From contig CM097883.1 of the NCBI GenBank assembly GCA_044892505.1, positions 201,438,001 through 201,502,000 on the forward strand: a stretch of 64,000 nt of DNA, written 5' to 3'. Numbering within the stretch: position 1 is the first letter of the stretch; each line of letters starts with the position of its first letter. The notes below the pieces were generated by a model that did not search any database, was not told the origin of the DNA, and saw only the letters and a program-made list of their open reading frames with translations. The position numbers and the translations under genes are program-made. Shown one piece after another: positions 62,564 through 64,000 of this stretch. Origin of the DNA: Schmidtea nova (Eukaryota).

Positions 62564-64000
62564 TGTTGGGCCAGCCAAATCGAGCAGCATCTGAAAATAA
62601 TGTACAATCAATAAAATAAATTTACAACAGAATAACAACAAAATAAATTACCAACACCAAAGCGTAACAAGATAGGCGGCAACATCTGAAGGAAATAAAG
62701 TATTAATCAAAACAACAAAAATCTTCAAAACTCACTCATGCGAAGCAGATAAAATTGGAATATGACAGCGCGTGGGCGGATGTCACCGAAGAGCTAAAAC
62801 AAAATCAAATAAAAATTAAATCATACAAAAAATAAACTTACCGCATGATTAACCAAATAAATCAGTGAGTTAAGTTAGGCAGCAAAAAGCCGACAACATG
62901 AAAAAATGAAGCAAACATACACACATACTCGATGCTGATTGGCTAACCAACAACACCGGTTCAGTATAAATACTGAAGTCAAATCAGTATTTGACAATGT
63001 CATTTTTTACTGAGTGTGAAGTATCAGCAGAACTTGTAACTGATTTGGAAGCCGCAATAAAAGGTAATTTGGAGTTATGTTTTGATGTATCTAAACCCTC
63101 ATAATTATTTGTAATCATGATAAAATCAATAAGGTTTTCCGGAGGCCTAACAGCCTGACGGATTCTTGGGGCCTCTCAGCGCAACACAATCTTTCGGTTG
63201 TGAGGTGCTGATGCGGCGGGACCATAGGTTTACTAAATACTTAGTAAATGGAAGGGGGATAAATGCACATAGGATGTCTACTACCATCGTAACATCAGTA
63301 TGGGTAAAAGCAATCGAAGGAGGTATTATCTGTCACGACGACATCGAGCAAATAAGTGTACGTAACAGGCGGGTTAATAGATCAATAGGGCATCTAGCGT
63401 TCGTGAAGTCGAGTAAAGTAGCGACGGTTTTGTGCCGAGGATATGTATCATGATAAATAACCCCAAGTTGGATAAATTGAGCACTGACGATGGTAGAGCT
63501 ATACAACGCATAAGTCATGTGAGTTCAGAGGCTGACAGTGCTAGCGTCAGAGGTAAACCATGAATCAACAAGGCATCCCAACATATATATATACACCTCT
63601 CGAAGGGTACGAGGGATAGACCCCACGGATATTTAATGATAGTACGATCCGTACCCAATTAACCTGAGTAAGGGATTGATCATGTTCCCCGGATGATGTG
63701 ATCATTGGTAGTTGATAATGATGTTTGGAGATAAAACCTGAGGAGTGATTGAGCATGATTGCTGTAAATATAAACTAAAAATGTCTCGTAGATAATAACA
63801 TTCAAACATAATGAACGGTCAAGCGATCACTGTAGATGAAACCAACTTATCATAAACGGCACGATGAATTATGCGTGGCCAAGCAATCGATAGAGTAAAT
63901 GCATTCACCAACAATGATAATAAAATACGACCTACATGATATCGCAAACATCGGACCGGTTCAACACTGAACCACCGACTGAAGCCTACAGAGTTTCACC
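62564..64000 (+). repeat. 3' LTR (truncated by window end)
   Basis: Matches 36263-37697; I see four substitutions and one 2-bp (TA) indel. Confidence 0.95.

Larger units (their letters stand above)
36263..64000 (+). mobile_element. Giant (about 29.6 kb predicted) env-bearing Ty3/Gypsy LTR retroelement, Burro-like; 3' end beyond window
   Basis: Direct repeats start TGTTGGGCCAGCC at 36263 and 62564; PBS at 39563; gag; PR-RT-RNaseH-IN order; many accessory ORFs all on the + strand. Confidence 0.95.

Overview
AT-rich eukaryotic (invertebrate, probably flatworm/planarian - inferred, not proven) genomic DNA with four N gaps. 1-36.2 kb is a graveyard of mobile DNA: Gypsy fragments, mariner, a full-length intron-containing Tc1 with TIRs and TA TSD, a Penelope-like RT fragment, a hammerhead-like palindrome, an IS630/Tc1 fragment and a decayed Polinton/Maverick (integrase, capsid, adenoviral-type protease, two pPolB copies). 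It also holds microsatellites and one recognisable host exon (pentameric ligand-gated ion channel). From 36263 to the window end lies a young giant Ty3/Gypsy LTR element: near-identical LTRs 26.3 kb apart, about 3.3 kb long, so about 29.6 kb in total, with a tRNA-Pro-like PBS. Its size matches my recollection of the planarian 'Burro' elements, which needs checking. Gag has three CCHC knuckles. It is followed by a 4234-codon polyprotein ordered ubiquitin-like domains - Bcl-2-like domain - signal peptide + chuvirus-type class III fusion glycoprotein + TM - protease - RT - RNase H - integrase - ankyrin repeats - four FN3-like repeats + TM. Env therefore sits upstream of pol in the same frame. Separate ORFs encode an IAP-type RING protein, a complete intronless TRAF, two coiled-coil proteins, a small membrane protein and two ORFs inside the LTR. 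Most accessory ORFs have a splice-acceptor-like YAG just before the ATG. The main candidate system is an enveloped, retrovirus-like giant retroelement carrying a TNF/NF-kB/apoptosis-modulating gene kit.
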